Positions 1-10,624 of a DNA stretch of 64,000 bases are shown in pieces. The position numbers and the translations under genes are program-made. The stretch is from the NCBI GenBank assembly GCA_048013815.1, contig CM106586.1, positions 13,888,001 through 13,952,000 of the forward strand, given 5' to 3'. Within the stretch, counting starts at the first letter, position 1, and each line of letters begins with the position of its first letter. The DNA is from Setoptus koraiensis. Taxonomy: Eukaryota > Animalia > Arthropoda. The notes under the pieces were generated by a model. The model was given only the letters and a program-made list of their open reading frames with translations, searched no databases and was not told the origin of the DNA.

Positions 1-394
1 CGTCATCTTGGTCACGATTTCTTTCGGTTCTCTTAGAACTCCTATCTTTTGGCGATTCTTTTGGCCCCTCACCTTGATGGTAAATATGCTCATAATCGGA
101 AGGAGCTATTGCCATTGTGGGCGCATTTGAGGGCATCTTAGGCATTCCACCGCCACCAAGGGTCATCTTTGGCAAAACATTTGCTGGCCGGGCACCGCTT
201 CTATCCCGTGCAGAAAACTTTTGGCTCCTATTTTCTTCACGACCACCACTACGATCGGGTACATTCTTTGCAGCACCGGTGCCCTCGTGAAAAATGTGCT
301 CATAATCCGATGGTGCAATGGCCATTGTAGGCGCAACTGAGGGCACCTTCTTCATACTTTCGTCCCGGCCCCGTTCTCGTTTCTTGGGACCCAT
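1..394 (-). CDS. 5' part of an orphan low-complexity protein running off the left edge, with an internal repeat (PSxAPTMAIAPSDYEHI[FY]H[EQ]G x2)
   Basis: Hand translation from ATG at 394 (MGPKKRERGRDESMKKVPSVAPTMAIAPSDYEHIFHEG...MPSNAPTMAIAPSDYEHIYHQGEGPKESPK...) is open for ~131 codons to position 1. The two repeat copies differ largely at synonymous positions. It is not in the ORF track because the stop lies outside the window. Confidence 0.65.
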   Translation of the reverse strand, partial: MGPKKRERGRDESMKKVPSVAPTMAIAPSDYEHIFHEGTGAAKNVPDRSGGREENRSQKFSARDRSGARPANVLPKMTLGGGGMPKMPSNAPTMAIAPSDYEHIYHQGEGPKESPKDRSSKRTERNRDQDD

Positions 395-879
395 GACGGA
401 GAATAATCTTTCAACTGTTAGTCGAAAAAACAACTACCCTAAAAAGCGAAAGATGAAACAACAAAACGAGTCTCGTGCACTACTGTTCGGAAGTGATTGT
501 GCTGATATCGAGTAAGATAGGCTCGCTTGCTAATCGATTAACTGAACGCCTCGTGCATATCGTCCACGCATCGTCATGTGCACGAAGTTTGTCCAAAACA
601 TTCATAGAAAAACACTTGATTGCCACCATATGAGGCGCATTTGCGAAAGTTCTGGTCCTGATAACTTAGCTTTTTCGTAATTTTCACCAATACTACGCGG
701 ATACATGTATTACATGTATGTACATGTATTATTACACTTAGGGACAGGTTTTTTCGTACGCTGGATCTTTCCGGGCTTATCTCTTTCGGGTAATTCTTTT
801 TCAGTTCTTTTTCCGGCTGCACCTATCTCACTGTTGGACCCACCTTGAGTCCAAATATTCAGTCTCTCTGACTAAACTG

Positions 880-1124
880 AGTTGCAAAAACGAATAATTT
901 TCAAATAAGTATCAAAGTAGAAGCGGACAAGTTTTTTCAACCGTCTCACTTGACTGAATGACGAATTGAATTCCTCTGTAATATTCTTCCCATGCATCTC
1001 TTTTCTTCTTTATAGAAGTATCATCATTTAGCCTAGCATTAATTTTTGGATATTTTGCAACCAGTTCTGACAATACTCTCCTCTCCTCATTCGAATAATT
1101 TCTAGATCTATCTCTTGACGACAT
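880..1124 (-). pseudogene. Frameshifted Myb/SANT-like DNA-binding domain (Myb_DNA-bind_5/MSANTD type) relic
   Basis: MSSRDRSRNYSNEERRVLSELVAKYPKINARLNDDTSIKKKRDAWEE continues after a 1-nt frameshift (~983) as ITEEFNSSFSQVRR, matching the R.xN[FY]S.EE...L..LV.KY...KK..AWEEI..EFN pattern. Confidence 0.6.
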
Positions 1125-1185
1125 ATCTGGTTTTTTAATGATAGAAGTTCAACGCAAACTCGAAGAATTAGATAAACAATAGAAA

Positions 1186-1900
1186 TTGACCAACACATGT
1201 GTTCTAATTGACCACATGTGCACAACACGCGTGCCTGAAATCGACTTACAAAATATTTATTTTTTATTATTGAGGACCAACGAGGATCATCGCATCTATA
1301 ACATGGATGGGACCAGATTATCTTGGAAAAAATTACCTTCGAAGACATGCCAGAAGAGGTACAAGAAGTTTTGGGACAAAGCAAGATAAGCAAGCCTTCA
1401 CGTTGTCATTCTCTGTGAGTATGACCGGAACCAAACTCAAGCCTATCATAGTTGGACATCATCAAAAGCCGAGGTGTTTCAAATCTATTGATTATAATCT
1501 GGACAGGCTTCCGGTACAATATTATGCCAATCGGACTGAATGGATGACATCAGACATATTTCAAGACATCATCTGCCACCTACACAAGGATTTCAAAGAT
1601 AGGCAAGAGTGCATGACATCATTACTTGACAGTTTCCAAGGACACAAAATTGAAGAAAGTATGTATCCACGCACAAATTTTCAATACTCACCTCCAAACA
1701 CTACATCCAGGACTTAACCACTCTATGGAATCATAAACTCTTTCAAGTGCCAATACACATCAATCCTTATGGACCAAATAGTCAGATATTATCAAAATAA
1801 CCAAACATTGAAACTTGAGGAAAAGAGCTTCGACCTCTATCAAGCAATCAATTGGGTCTCTGATGCATCATCGAGAGTGGGAGAGGCCACTATCAAGTAT
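1186..1900 (+). mobile_element. Decayed pogo/Tigger (DDE_1) transposase fragment
   Basis: IYNMDGTRLSWKKLPSKT resembles N.DETGLFWK. In the next frame: GTKLKPIIVG..KPRCFK, LPVQYYANRTEWMTSDIF (AWMT motif), LLDSFQGH (LLDN..H) and PPNTTSRT*PL..GII (PPNTTS..QP.D.GII). Frameshift and in-frame stop are present. Confidence 0.85.
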
Positions 1901-2008
1901 TGAGCACACTGTGATTATATAAGAAGTGAGACAAACTAACCATTGGGCATGATAGACGATGGTATCACATGTGATCTGACAAAGTAAACCTCATTCCTGA
2001 TAACGCCC

Positions 2009-2753
2009 ATTCCAACGTGAGTCTGGCCCATCTGAATTCCCCTGTTTCTGGCTAGCAAGAAAAGGTATATCGAAAACCCGGAAAACAAATACTTTCAGCG
2101 ATAATCAGATTTATTTTGGTTGGTTTGTTGGTTGGTTTGGCTATGTCATACCAAGTCGGTTTACATATGCGAAAACAAAGAAATCATGAATTTTGACCTC
2201 TCTACTTTGATCGTGTATTTCACATATTTTTAACTTAAACGCGTGAATATGCCACGGAATCAATCAGAATAGGCCTTGAAAGGAATTCTGCCAACCAAGC
2301 AACCAACTAATTAACCAAAATGTATATATACGCAGAATTCAGCGAAAATGTACCTTTGCTTATGGAAATGTTTCAAAACTTTTCGTGGCGCATAATGATA
2401 GAACCTTTACCAATAAATTTCCTTTGACTAATATTCTCCAGAAAAAAAAGTTGAGCGCCCCCTACGGTGGGGATCTGAAGTTATTCAAGAATAAAGTATG
2501 CAGGTCTTTCGTGGGACACTCTGTATATATATGTATGTACACATATATGACGATGAAAAATTTTCATAAAAATTAAAATGAATGATACAGTGGTCTATAC
2601 TCTGTCTATGCTGAGGATAATTCTTTTCGGCCATTCAGAGTTGCGAAATTCGAATGAAAAAAACTGAAAAATCGGATTTTTTCCCTCATTTTCCGAGGAT
2701 TTCTTGTTCCCCAGAAACAGGGGAATTCAGATAGGCCAGAGTCACGTTGGAAT
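2009..2753. mobile_element. MITE-like non-autonomous element, ~745 bp, with ~54 bp terminal inverted repeats
   Basis: 2009-2062 ATTCCAACGTGAGTCTGGCCCATCTGAATTCCCCTGTTTCTGGCTAGCAAGAAA is the reverse complement, with about 6 mismatches, of 2700-2753. There is no internal ORF. Internal inverted TTGGTTGG/CCAACCAA tracts are present. The TSD and superfamily could not be resolved. Confidence 0.75.
2454..2463 (-). promoter_or_regulatory. CTCF-core-like motif AGGGGGCGCT (inside the MITE)
   Basis: Exact 10-mer also found at 26509, 54729 and 57800. It resembles the 3' core of the CTCF consensus CCASYAGRKGGCRS. Confidence 0.25.
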
Positions 2754-2780
2754 CGATGTCATGCTCATGAGGTCTACCTT

Positions 2781-3185
2781 ATCAGATTCAATTCATTGCT
2801 GGTTGGTAAGATTATTTTGACCTGCAGAAGAAACCTAGAAACAAAACTAGAGAGAGCAGAACAATCAGACAGGCTGTTGAATGGAGCTTGGCTGCTGAAG
2901 AAAATGAAGCTTCTATCCATATTAATCATACGATACGAATGAAAACAAGGTTTGACCATTTTCGAGCTTTAGCCAACAGAAGGTTTCATTTTTCTCTCTG
3001 TTCTTTTTTAATACTCGAATGACAAGCGAGAAATCAGCAAGATCATGCAATCGCATTGCTGGCAACAAGTTGTTGTCCGATTCCGGATGTCGTTATCTCT
3101 GGTCTTCGTTTCCAAAAGTAGTGCTTGAATGAGGAGGTCTTTCTCAGATGAACCCAGAAATCTAGTTTATTTCTGTTTCCGGTTT
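2781..3185 (+). pseudogene. Internally deleted third copy of the secreted 6-Cys protein gene plus its conserved 3' flank
   Basis: 2781-2870 translates IRFNSLLVGKIILTCRRNLETKLERAEQSD versus FRFISLLVGQVILTCKRNLETKLELAEQSD in 15674-16795. It then jumps to the 3' flank (TTTTCGAGCTTT, CAGCAAGATCATGC, TTTCTCAGATGAACCCAGAA..TTTATTTCTGTTTCC) shared with both intact copies. Confidence 0.85.
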
Positions 3186-3654
3186 GTCACTCTTCTTTGT
3201 TCTCACTTTTGCTATATTTTTGGAAATGGACAGACCGAAATAGGACAACCTCTTATGCCTAGCCCGGAGTTCCCAGATCTCGCTCACAAGTGATGTGGAG
3301 AGATGGTTCTCTAAAACGCAGCCTACTCTTCACTGTTAAATAGCCTCAAACAAAACTATATTATGAAATATATCGTATTCCTAGTTAATGAACATAGTAA
3401 TGCAGCTAAAGTATTCTAAAGATCAATTACAATCTTTTCTGATAAGTTTGTATGTATTCACAATCGATATAATAATCGAAGAGACTGAAAGACTGGTATG
3501 CAATTTCTTGTAGCGACCGATTTTGATGGATTTTTAGCACCGATTTGCCATATTCCACAGATCTTCGAAGAATTATTTCAAATCAAGCTTGAACTGCTAT
3601 GTGTTACATATCTCAATGGATACTATATCTTTTATTCTAAAGAGGGGATAGTGA

Positions 3655-4407
3655 TCAAAACAACACTATAAGCACAACAATTAAGATGGTAAGATTCATT
3701 AAAAAGGGCCACCATTGCTTAACCATACCCACCCAACTAACATATTCAGAATTGAAAGTAATCAAATACCAGACATCAAACTGAGTCCATTCGGTGTTGT
3801 TACTGTATTTCATTAGATTTAAAGCGCCAGAAATATGCTGATGGCAATTATTGAAACACAAACTATGCCTTGTTTTTGAGTAGTGCTCAGCTGTAGTAAC
3901 TATGGCTTTATCCCAGTCGTCTTTGGAACTTTTAACTTGTTTTGGATCAAATTGATAATATTTTGTAGGGCGTCCGAACGAGAAATTATCGATAGAAACT
4001 ACAAAATCGTCAGAGAAATCATATATAACTCCTTGGGATGTTGCTATACCTGTGTGGCCTATAACAGGTATAAACCATGTCACAAATGGTAGGGGCGTCC
4101 ATACCAAACAGTATGGCCATCTGTCTAGCTCATAATCTATTTCACCAATTGATTTTGCCATTGATCTTAGAGGTCGGCTGAATCGTTCTTTTGAATTTAA
4201 TTGTCCTATAGAGGCAGAGGAAGCCGACCCTGGTTTTTTCCTTGAACCTAGAGACTTGTTTGATTTGATGGATTTGATTGCTCTGACTGCTTTATTTTTT
4301 TGCGAAACCGTAACAATATTCGGGGGCCTGCCCTTTTCTTTACCCAGAGGTAGGTTTATCGGTTTGGCATCCGAGGAAGGGTTGGGCTCCTTCATAGTTT
4401 CAAACAT
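3655..4407 (-). CDS. TMEM222: Transmembrane protein 222 (DUF778 family), single exon
   Basis: RWPYCLVWTPLPFVTWFIPVIGHTGIATSQGVIYDF...FGRPTKY...HSLCFNNCHQH, with a C-terminal TM segment. Confidence 0.92.
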   Translation of the reverse strand: MFETMKEPNPSSDAKPINLPLGKEKGRPPNIVTVSQKNKAVRAIKSIKSNKSLGSRKKPGSASSASIGQLNSKERFSRPLRSMAKSIGEIDYELDRWPYCLVWTPLPFVTWFIPVIGHTGIATSQGVIYDFSDDFVVSIDNFSFGRPTKYYQFDPKQVKSSKDDWDKAIVTTAEHYSKTRHSLCFNNCHQHISGALNLMKYSNNTEWTQFDVWYLITFNSEYVSWVGMVKQWWPFLMNLTILIVVLIVLF

Positions 4408-4819
4408 TTTTTTACCCTAGATAAAGGACAGGATAATTATTGTCCAATATAATTGGCATTGATTTATCAGACGAATTATCACTTGTGGGTTGAATTGTTT
4501 TTCGGAATTACGGATCATAACATCGTGCGACGATGTTCTGACCGACGCTTCAATCACGTGCAACTGTTTATTAATTTTTTTCTCATTTCATTTCTATCAC
4601 TAATTGTCAAAGCGCGAGCTTTCATGATTATGTTGAGCTACATTGCACTATAGTAGCAAGTACATTTACTCAAGTGATAATAATCTTTGTACTATAGCTA
4701 GGAATTAGGTTATTTAGGATGGATTCACACACACACGATGCGACTGATTGTGTCCACCATGACGGAAATCTTTATTATTGATCAAGAGACATAGAGCGAG
4801 CCCCAAACGATTTTATAGA

Positions 4820-6110
4820 ATGAAGAAAATTTCTAGTAATGCCGGACCTAATTTAGGTAAAATTAACAGTGGGCATTCGTGTAAGTTAACTGTAAATAAA
4901 CCTCAAGCTATTGTTATAGATCTATTGGGTGTTCTTATCAATAAGACATTTATGACGAGCTCTAAAGAATTCAAAGATTTCTTCACGAAGAATTTGTCAG
5001 ACTTTTTGCATGAAAGTTGGAGGCAGAAACAATTAAGGATCACAATCAATTTCTTCCGTTGTTCACAACAGAGTGTGCCAGAGGAATTCAAATTGGCCGA
5101 CAGAGATGAATCTAAAGAGGAGCAAATCAAGCAGGCTAAAAGGCACGTTTTGTGGAAAACAAAAAACGATCCCACCAACTCAGCTCTGTCATTGTTCTTT
5201 CTCGTAATGACAGAATGGGGCTACAAAAACAAACTTCTACAAACTGGGTAAGTGTGAGCTGATTTATACACGACACTAGTTAACTTTGACAATGTAGCAC
5301 TATGTGTAATGACTGTCTCAATATCGTCTATTGCATGCCATTTGTGCAAAACTTCATCAAACGACCTGATCTAACATTATAACAAACAGTATCTATGATG
5401 AGGTGTCGAGCATATTAAAAAACTGGAAAGAGGTCGCCAAGATACCGGTTTATGTAGGGGTAGGCTCAGCGGATTTCCTAGTCATGATTCTGAGTAACAC
5501 ATCCCAAGGAAATCTTTTACCTTATTTCGCTGGTCATATGAACATAATGGATTTTGATGGGAACAACGCAAATAAAGATTTTCGCAAGCTTGTGGCCATC
5601 TTGCGATTACCCCCAGAGAAGGTTCTCTATTTAACGCGATTCAGACAAGGTGAGTTTCAGTTCTTACTAGTCCAATCTTCTTTCGATATTGTCTGTAGCA
5701 TCAATCTTATCCAATGTGGTTTGTTTTTATACTTATATAATGTACAAATAGACTGTAAAAGAGCTATGGAGAATGGATTACAATCAGTTATAGTTCTGAG
5801 GTCAGATTTCGATATAAACAAAGTTATACCAGCTATGAAACAAAAACGAGCCAACATGTCAGTGATAGATGGTACAAAGGCACGCGTTTCAGCTCCTGAG
5901 GAATCGCCCCAAGCTAAAACTAAAAAGCCAACGGTAGATAGCAAGCAACCTCCAGATGTGAAAAAAGAACTTGTTGATAATCTAGGTTCGTTATCAATAA
6001 TTGATGATACATCTGAGGAGGGTAGTTCCCGACAATTATCGACTATAACGGAAGCGGACTGCGTTAAATACAATGTTGTTTTTTCCTTGTCGGAAATAGT
6101 ATTCAAATAA
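4820..6110 (+). CDS. Divergent enolase-phosphatase E1-like HAD-fold protein, probably catalytically inactive; 3 exons (4820-5247, 5390-5649, 5752-6110)
   Basis: ENOPH1-like blocks: IVIDLLGV, IYDEVSSILKNWK, VYVGVGSADFLVMILSNTSQGNLLPYFAGHM, FRKLVAILRLPPEKVLYLT, AMENGLQSVIVLR. Introns GTAAGT...CTAAC...CAG (5248-5389) and GTGAGT...TAG (5650-5751) both restore the frame. An upstream exon is possible. Confidence 0.72.
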
Positions 6111-6475
6111 TGACAATCGACAATAGCAACCAGACCGAACCTTCAAATTGTCCTACTATAACAAATTAGTGATGCATTTTTATCGTATTTAGTTGCATAT
6201 CATTGTTTTTGTTTACGGTTTTATTATTTTCAATACTATAAGATATCACTAGATTCTCAAGATTCTTGAGCTCCAGTGAATTAGTCTTATAAGGATAATT
6301 CGTTTATTCTTGTAACTTTTTTGCTTGAATATCGATTATTTTAGTGGAGTAATTGTTTTATTCAGCCCACCACTAGCAATAATGATCTATATATGTGTGT
6401 TTATATGTTGGTTCTGGTTGTTTCAATTTCGCTAGTGCTTTTTCTTATTTGTCCAGTGTGAAGATAAGTAATTAC

Positions 6476-6487
6476 TATATATATATA

Positions 6488-6551
<64 letters not shown>
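6476..6551. repeat. (AT)n microsatellite, ~75 bp
   Basis: Near-perfect AT dinucleotide run. Confidence 0.97.
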
Positions 6552-6553
<2 letters not shown>

Positions 6554-6595
6554 TGCATATGGGCAGAAGTTCTCCAGTGTATAATGTGGAGTGGA

Positions 6596-7502
6596 TCAAG
6601 CAATTCTTACGCCTCCTTTGCTGCCGTCGCCATTCACCGGTGCTCTGATATCTATTTCATCCGCCAGAGTCTCAGTTTGGCGCACCAATGCTTCAGTGAG
6701 GCATTTTTTATCATTCCCTGGAAGAATTCTATCTCGACAAAGAAAGTTTTCAAGAGTTAGTTCACGCGATCCGTGATACCATTCCTCGATCAAATCGTCA
6801 TATGTCTCAACAATACGAGAACATTTTGATCGCAACTCCACTATCTCGTTCGTAGGAGCGTCCCACATTTCGAACGGTATACCTATATCAACTTGAACTC
6901 CCTGTTTCACCTGTCATCAATAACAATATTGAAATTGGACAATGTCAACATCCGAAAATTGATATGATACAACAATGAGGGTGGAAACGAAGCAGTTTGG
7001 TACTGCCATATTTTCTTACCAAATTATGTAGGCTCTTGAATGTATCAGTGTGACCTCGTGCAAATCTGTTTATATCAGTATATTGTTTGTGCACCTTGTA
7101 TTCAAAGATTTTATTGCAAGTTTGCTCTAAAATCTCTATAAGTAATAGATCAGACCTATCATAACGGATCCTTTTCTTTGACACTTCATCTATCGAATAA
7201 CCTGTCTCTATCATTTTGAGATACTTGGATGATTTTTCCAGCAGTTTCTCGAATTCCATGCTGAAAAATCTGCAAGCTGGTACAAAACAATCGAAACGCG
7301 TGTTGCATTAGTATTGATATAAATGGAAACACCACTGTCAAACATAGCAATTGGACCAATTCATGATTGTAAACTCACCCTCGCAATCATCAGGATATCT
7401 TACTTCCTGATGTTCCATTATGTTTTCTCCTTGAGCCTGAGATCCGATGCACATGAGCACGACGAAGAAATATATTTTGATTTGTGTGATTGAAAAAAAC
7501 AT
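6596..7502 (-). CDS. CNPY3/4-like: Canopy family saposin-like ER protein (CNPY3/4, canopy-b-like); exons 7502-7379, 7276-7020, 6910-6596
   Basis: Spliced product: signal peptide [23 protein letters not shown], then [84 protein letters not shown]. Both introns are GT-AG and phase-compatible. A further 3' exon is possible. Confidence 0.88.
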
Positions 7503-8227
7503 TATGCAATTTCTATTGTTTTTTTTTTACAAATATGTTGGTTCTCTGTAAGAATTATTCAATAATTCAATAATTGATCAAGTGCCATCCTGAAAATTTC
7601 TCTCAAAACTCCAGGCTTGGTGAAAATTTTCTATTTGGACTACTTTTAGGGGTGGGCGCGGCACTGAGTTCGGGTGAATTTTCCCCAGAACACTGCCTCA
7701 ATTATTTTCGGTTTCCTTGCTGCACTATGAGTTATAGTCTATAACTTCTTAAATGAAAAATAAAATCAAACCCTCGAACACGCGTAGCCTTGATCTCCCT
7801 ATCTCGGATCGAGTCAAAAGAGAAAGAATCCAAGAGAACGCTGACGCGAACGTGTGCCTAGCTCGAATAAACCGAAAGTCGGAACTAGTTTTCCCGCACC
7901 CGAAATTTTTGGTCGGTTGTAAAAAATACCCTGATATGCCTTCACCTCGCTCAAATCCGAAAACTCTGAAAATACTCGATTTCGTAGCTCATCTTCTGAT
8001 CCAATCAAATAGAGTCAGATGAAGATTTCACGTTGTCAGTGCGACCCTCGTGACATTATTTTGATATGTGAAAATTTTTTTATACACGATTTGTACGATA
8101 TTTTTACTCTCCTGTAAACCGGAAGCTAAATTGAGGAGCCATGCGTTCTTTATACCATTTGCGCAAGACAAATCAAAGCAAATTGCAATTGTAGGCATTT
8201 TTCACGAAATTTGCAGGGAAAACCACA

Positions 8228-8767
8228 ATGACAAGCGAGCGATCTTCCAAGAGTGCACAGTCCATCAATCTATCACCCAATGAATTGAATGTGTCGAATA
8301 ATCAAACTCAGGACACGACACAAACACAAACTCAAATGCAGACCCAATCTAGATTGAGATCGTATTACAAAAACAAGCAACCTTTATCAGGCAAAGAGTT
8401 CCTCCTAAAAAATTTGAATCCAAGATTGCTGCCAAATAATGTCGACTCGGCTTACATGCACAGTGTGTTTAAGAAGAAATCGGTGACCACTCATGAAGAT
8501 AGTGGCGCTTATGATCCGATCGCTATGTCATCGAGTCCATCATTGACTAAAAAGCAAAGTGAGCAATCGATGAGGTTACAAACAGAAAAAACGGTGTCCA
8601 AGCGACTGAAACCAGGAGATCGGGATTTCAACTTACATGAGTTTAATATGCAACAAATCAAAGACAGTGATGACTACTATAGAGTCGTGTATAGTAGATT
8701 GCCGGCAAGGTCTATTTCTGATTATGATCTAATGAGTGATCAACACACTTCTTCACCAAATAAATAA
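8228..8767 (+). CDS. Hypothetical 179-aa hydrophilic orphan protein
   Basis: ATG-started 540-nt ORF in AT-rich DNA, S/T/Q/K-rich, with no recognisable domain. Confidence 0.55.
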   Translation: MTSERSSKSAQSINLSPNELNVSNNQTQDTTQTQTQMQTQSRLRSYYKNKQPLSGKEFLLKNLNPRLLPNNVDSAYMHSVFKKKSVTTHEDSGAYDPIAMSSSPSLTKKQSEQSMRLQTEKTVSKRLKPGDRDFNLHEFNMQQIKDSDDYYRVVYSRLPARSISDYDLMSDQHTSSPNK

Positions 8768-8849
8768 AGCGACAGTGAAGGAAAAAAGCAGACGGCCCTT
8801 TTCTAGAGTAAAAAAATGTAACGTCGTTAGTATGCGCCCATACCGAATA

Positions 8850-9167
8850 CTAGAATTTTTTCGCCCTCTTCTTCTTGAAATCGTATTCTTCAATTGGGGT
8901 CTTCTTAACCGTTTTCTTCTTCTTCTTCTTCTTATGCGTTTGCGTGGATTTCGCTTCATCAGTTTCTGTCTTCCAACTTTTCTTTTTTTTACTTCCCTCT
9001 GCTGGCGGGGGAACATCCGTTTTAGTTGCAGTAGACATGTCAGTTGGAGATGGCTGCATTGGGCTAGATGGCTGCATTGGGCTAGATGTAGCCGGTGCCC
9101 TGTCTGAGGATTGGCTTCCTGTCTCTCTCACAACTTCAGTGTTGTCTTCTCCCTCTTGCTCTTCCAT
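8850..9167 (-). CDS. Hypothetical 105-aa protein with acidic N-terminus and poly-Lys C-terminus
   Basis: ATG ORF with an SSPMQP duplication and HKKKKKKKTVKK..KKKRAKKF. Gene structure is uncertain because splice-like sites lie upstream. Confidence 0.42.
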   Translation of the reverse strand: MEEQEGEDNTEVVRETGSQSSDRAPATSSPMQPSSPMQPSPTDMSTATKTDVPPPAEGSKKKKSWKTETDEAKSTQTHKKKKKKKTVKKTPIEEYDFKKKRAKKF

Positions 9168-9270
9168 GATGATTCCGATTGGTCACCTTACCTTATACCA
9201 AGATGACGGCGTTTTTTTTTGCTGGGTGCCGCCTCTATATATAGTATTTCTATTTAATTCGATGATGCTC

Positions 9271-9302
<32 letters not shown>

Positions 9303-9984
9303 GAATATTTGCTGATATATATTTCACCAAAGTTTCCGACGAACTTCAAATAGATCCCTCTCAAGTTATTTTTTTCCGGCTAGGTCGGTTTCTTCTGAAA
9401 AGTTCTCTGTACTGGCTGTAGTTTTCAAGTTTAATTCTCTCAGAATTTTTGCTCCGGTATTCGCGTTGACAGAAGTCAAATTCTCTGAAAGAACTTTGAA
9501 CTTTTGGTCCCCACTAAAGTTACATATTACCACCACGTAATTTCTGTGGCGAAACATTGACCCTGAAACTTTATCATCAAATTAAACAATGATATCGGAT
9601 AACTTGTTCACAGATTTAAGGTCGTGTTCAAATGTGAATGTTACCGATGCTACAGTCAAGTGAAAAATTATCGTTATCACCTGGAAAATGCGACTGTATG
9701 TGTGAATTCCTCAACAGTTAGTGCACGGCTCGAAATTTTTGTTTCACAAATTAGTCTGACACGGACTTTCATCAGTTATTTATTTGATTGTATTATTACA
9801 AGTTCAATGTACATGTATATTCTTGACCATATCGGGAGAGGGATGTAATTTTTTTTTTCAAGTTGGGTGTAGTTTCACGTGCACTTCGACTCAATCAAAG
9901 TAGGAATGCTTTCGTCTAAATCATTGATCCATACGCAAGGCTGCCCGCCGTATCTCGTGCCTGTTTACTAAGCTCCAATTTTGG

Positions 9985-10416
9985 CTAACTTGGCCTATAG
10001 TGATTACTGGTTATCAGACGTTTGATTCTAAAAGATAACCAAAAAGAGCATGCCACAATCAGCAGATAGTGACTCAGTAAGCCACCTAAAGCTGCTGATG
10101 GCAAATAGAGCCAAATTCTATTGTATTTTATAAACGGAATAGTTCTCAAAAATAGACATAGTGAAATGCTTGCTATACTGACAATAAATTCCTTCTTCAA
10201 ATTATCACAATCTAGTGAGATTTTATTCAATAAAGGCCATCGTATTGGAGCAATATTTCCCGTCAAAGATGCATTATTTCTGAAGGCGTCATGATTTATT
10301 GTGTCCGGCGATCGCTCTAATTCTGAGCGTAATACTGAAATAGTGTTGGATCGATTGTTTTCTTGTTTCGTCAATTCTATTTCATCTGTTGTCGATAATT
10401 CAGTGTAACTAGACAT
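9985..10416 (-). CDS. Hypothetical 143-aa membrane protein (about 2 C-terminal hydrophobic segments)
   Basis: ATG ORF with hydrophobic stretches FIVSIASISLCLFL and LPSAALGGLLSHYLLIVACSFWLSF. No family recognised. Confidence 0.5.
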   Translation of the reverse strand: MSSYTELSTTDEIELTKQENNRSNTISVLRSELERSPDTINHDAFRNNASLTGNIAPIRWPLLNKISLDCDNLKKEFIVSIASISLCLFLRTIPFIKYNRIWLYLPSAALGGLLSHYLLIVACSFWLSFRIKRLITSNHYRPS

Positions 10417-10624
10417 TTCTAGAGTCTATCGATAAAGCTAATCAGATCTCTAAAAGTTACTGATTATAAAAGAAAAAAATATATTAGTGGCATGAAGAAG
10501 TTAGATGCTCATCGTTGTTGCAGAAAAATCTCGTGTTGTTCTGCCTTTTCTCGCGATCCAGCTCTTGCAATCTTGCTCATCTATACTCATTCTATGTAAT
10601 CAGTAGTTTTGTCGATAACGAACA

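Noticed and set aside
880-1900. Myb/SANT ORF plus DDE transposase read as one PIF/Harbinger two-gene element
   Set aside because: The transposase motifs are pogo/Tigger DDE_1, not Harbinger, and I found no shared TIRs, so independent relics are more parsimonious.
6395-6760. 121-aa ORF with an (IY)n run
   Set aside because: It is the translation of the (AT)n microsatellite and lies antisense to the canopy gene.
8753-9016. Arg-rich, protamine-looking ORF (KRIRRRRRRKRLRR)
   Set aside because: It is the shifted frame of the AAG run encoding poly-Lys in 8850-9167, starts at TTG and has no independent support. Mass spectrometry could still test it.
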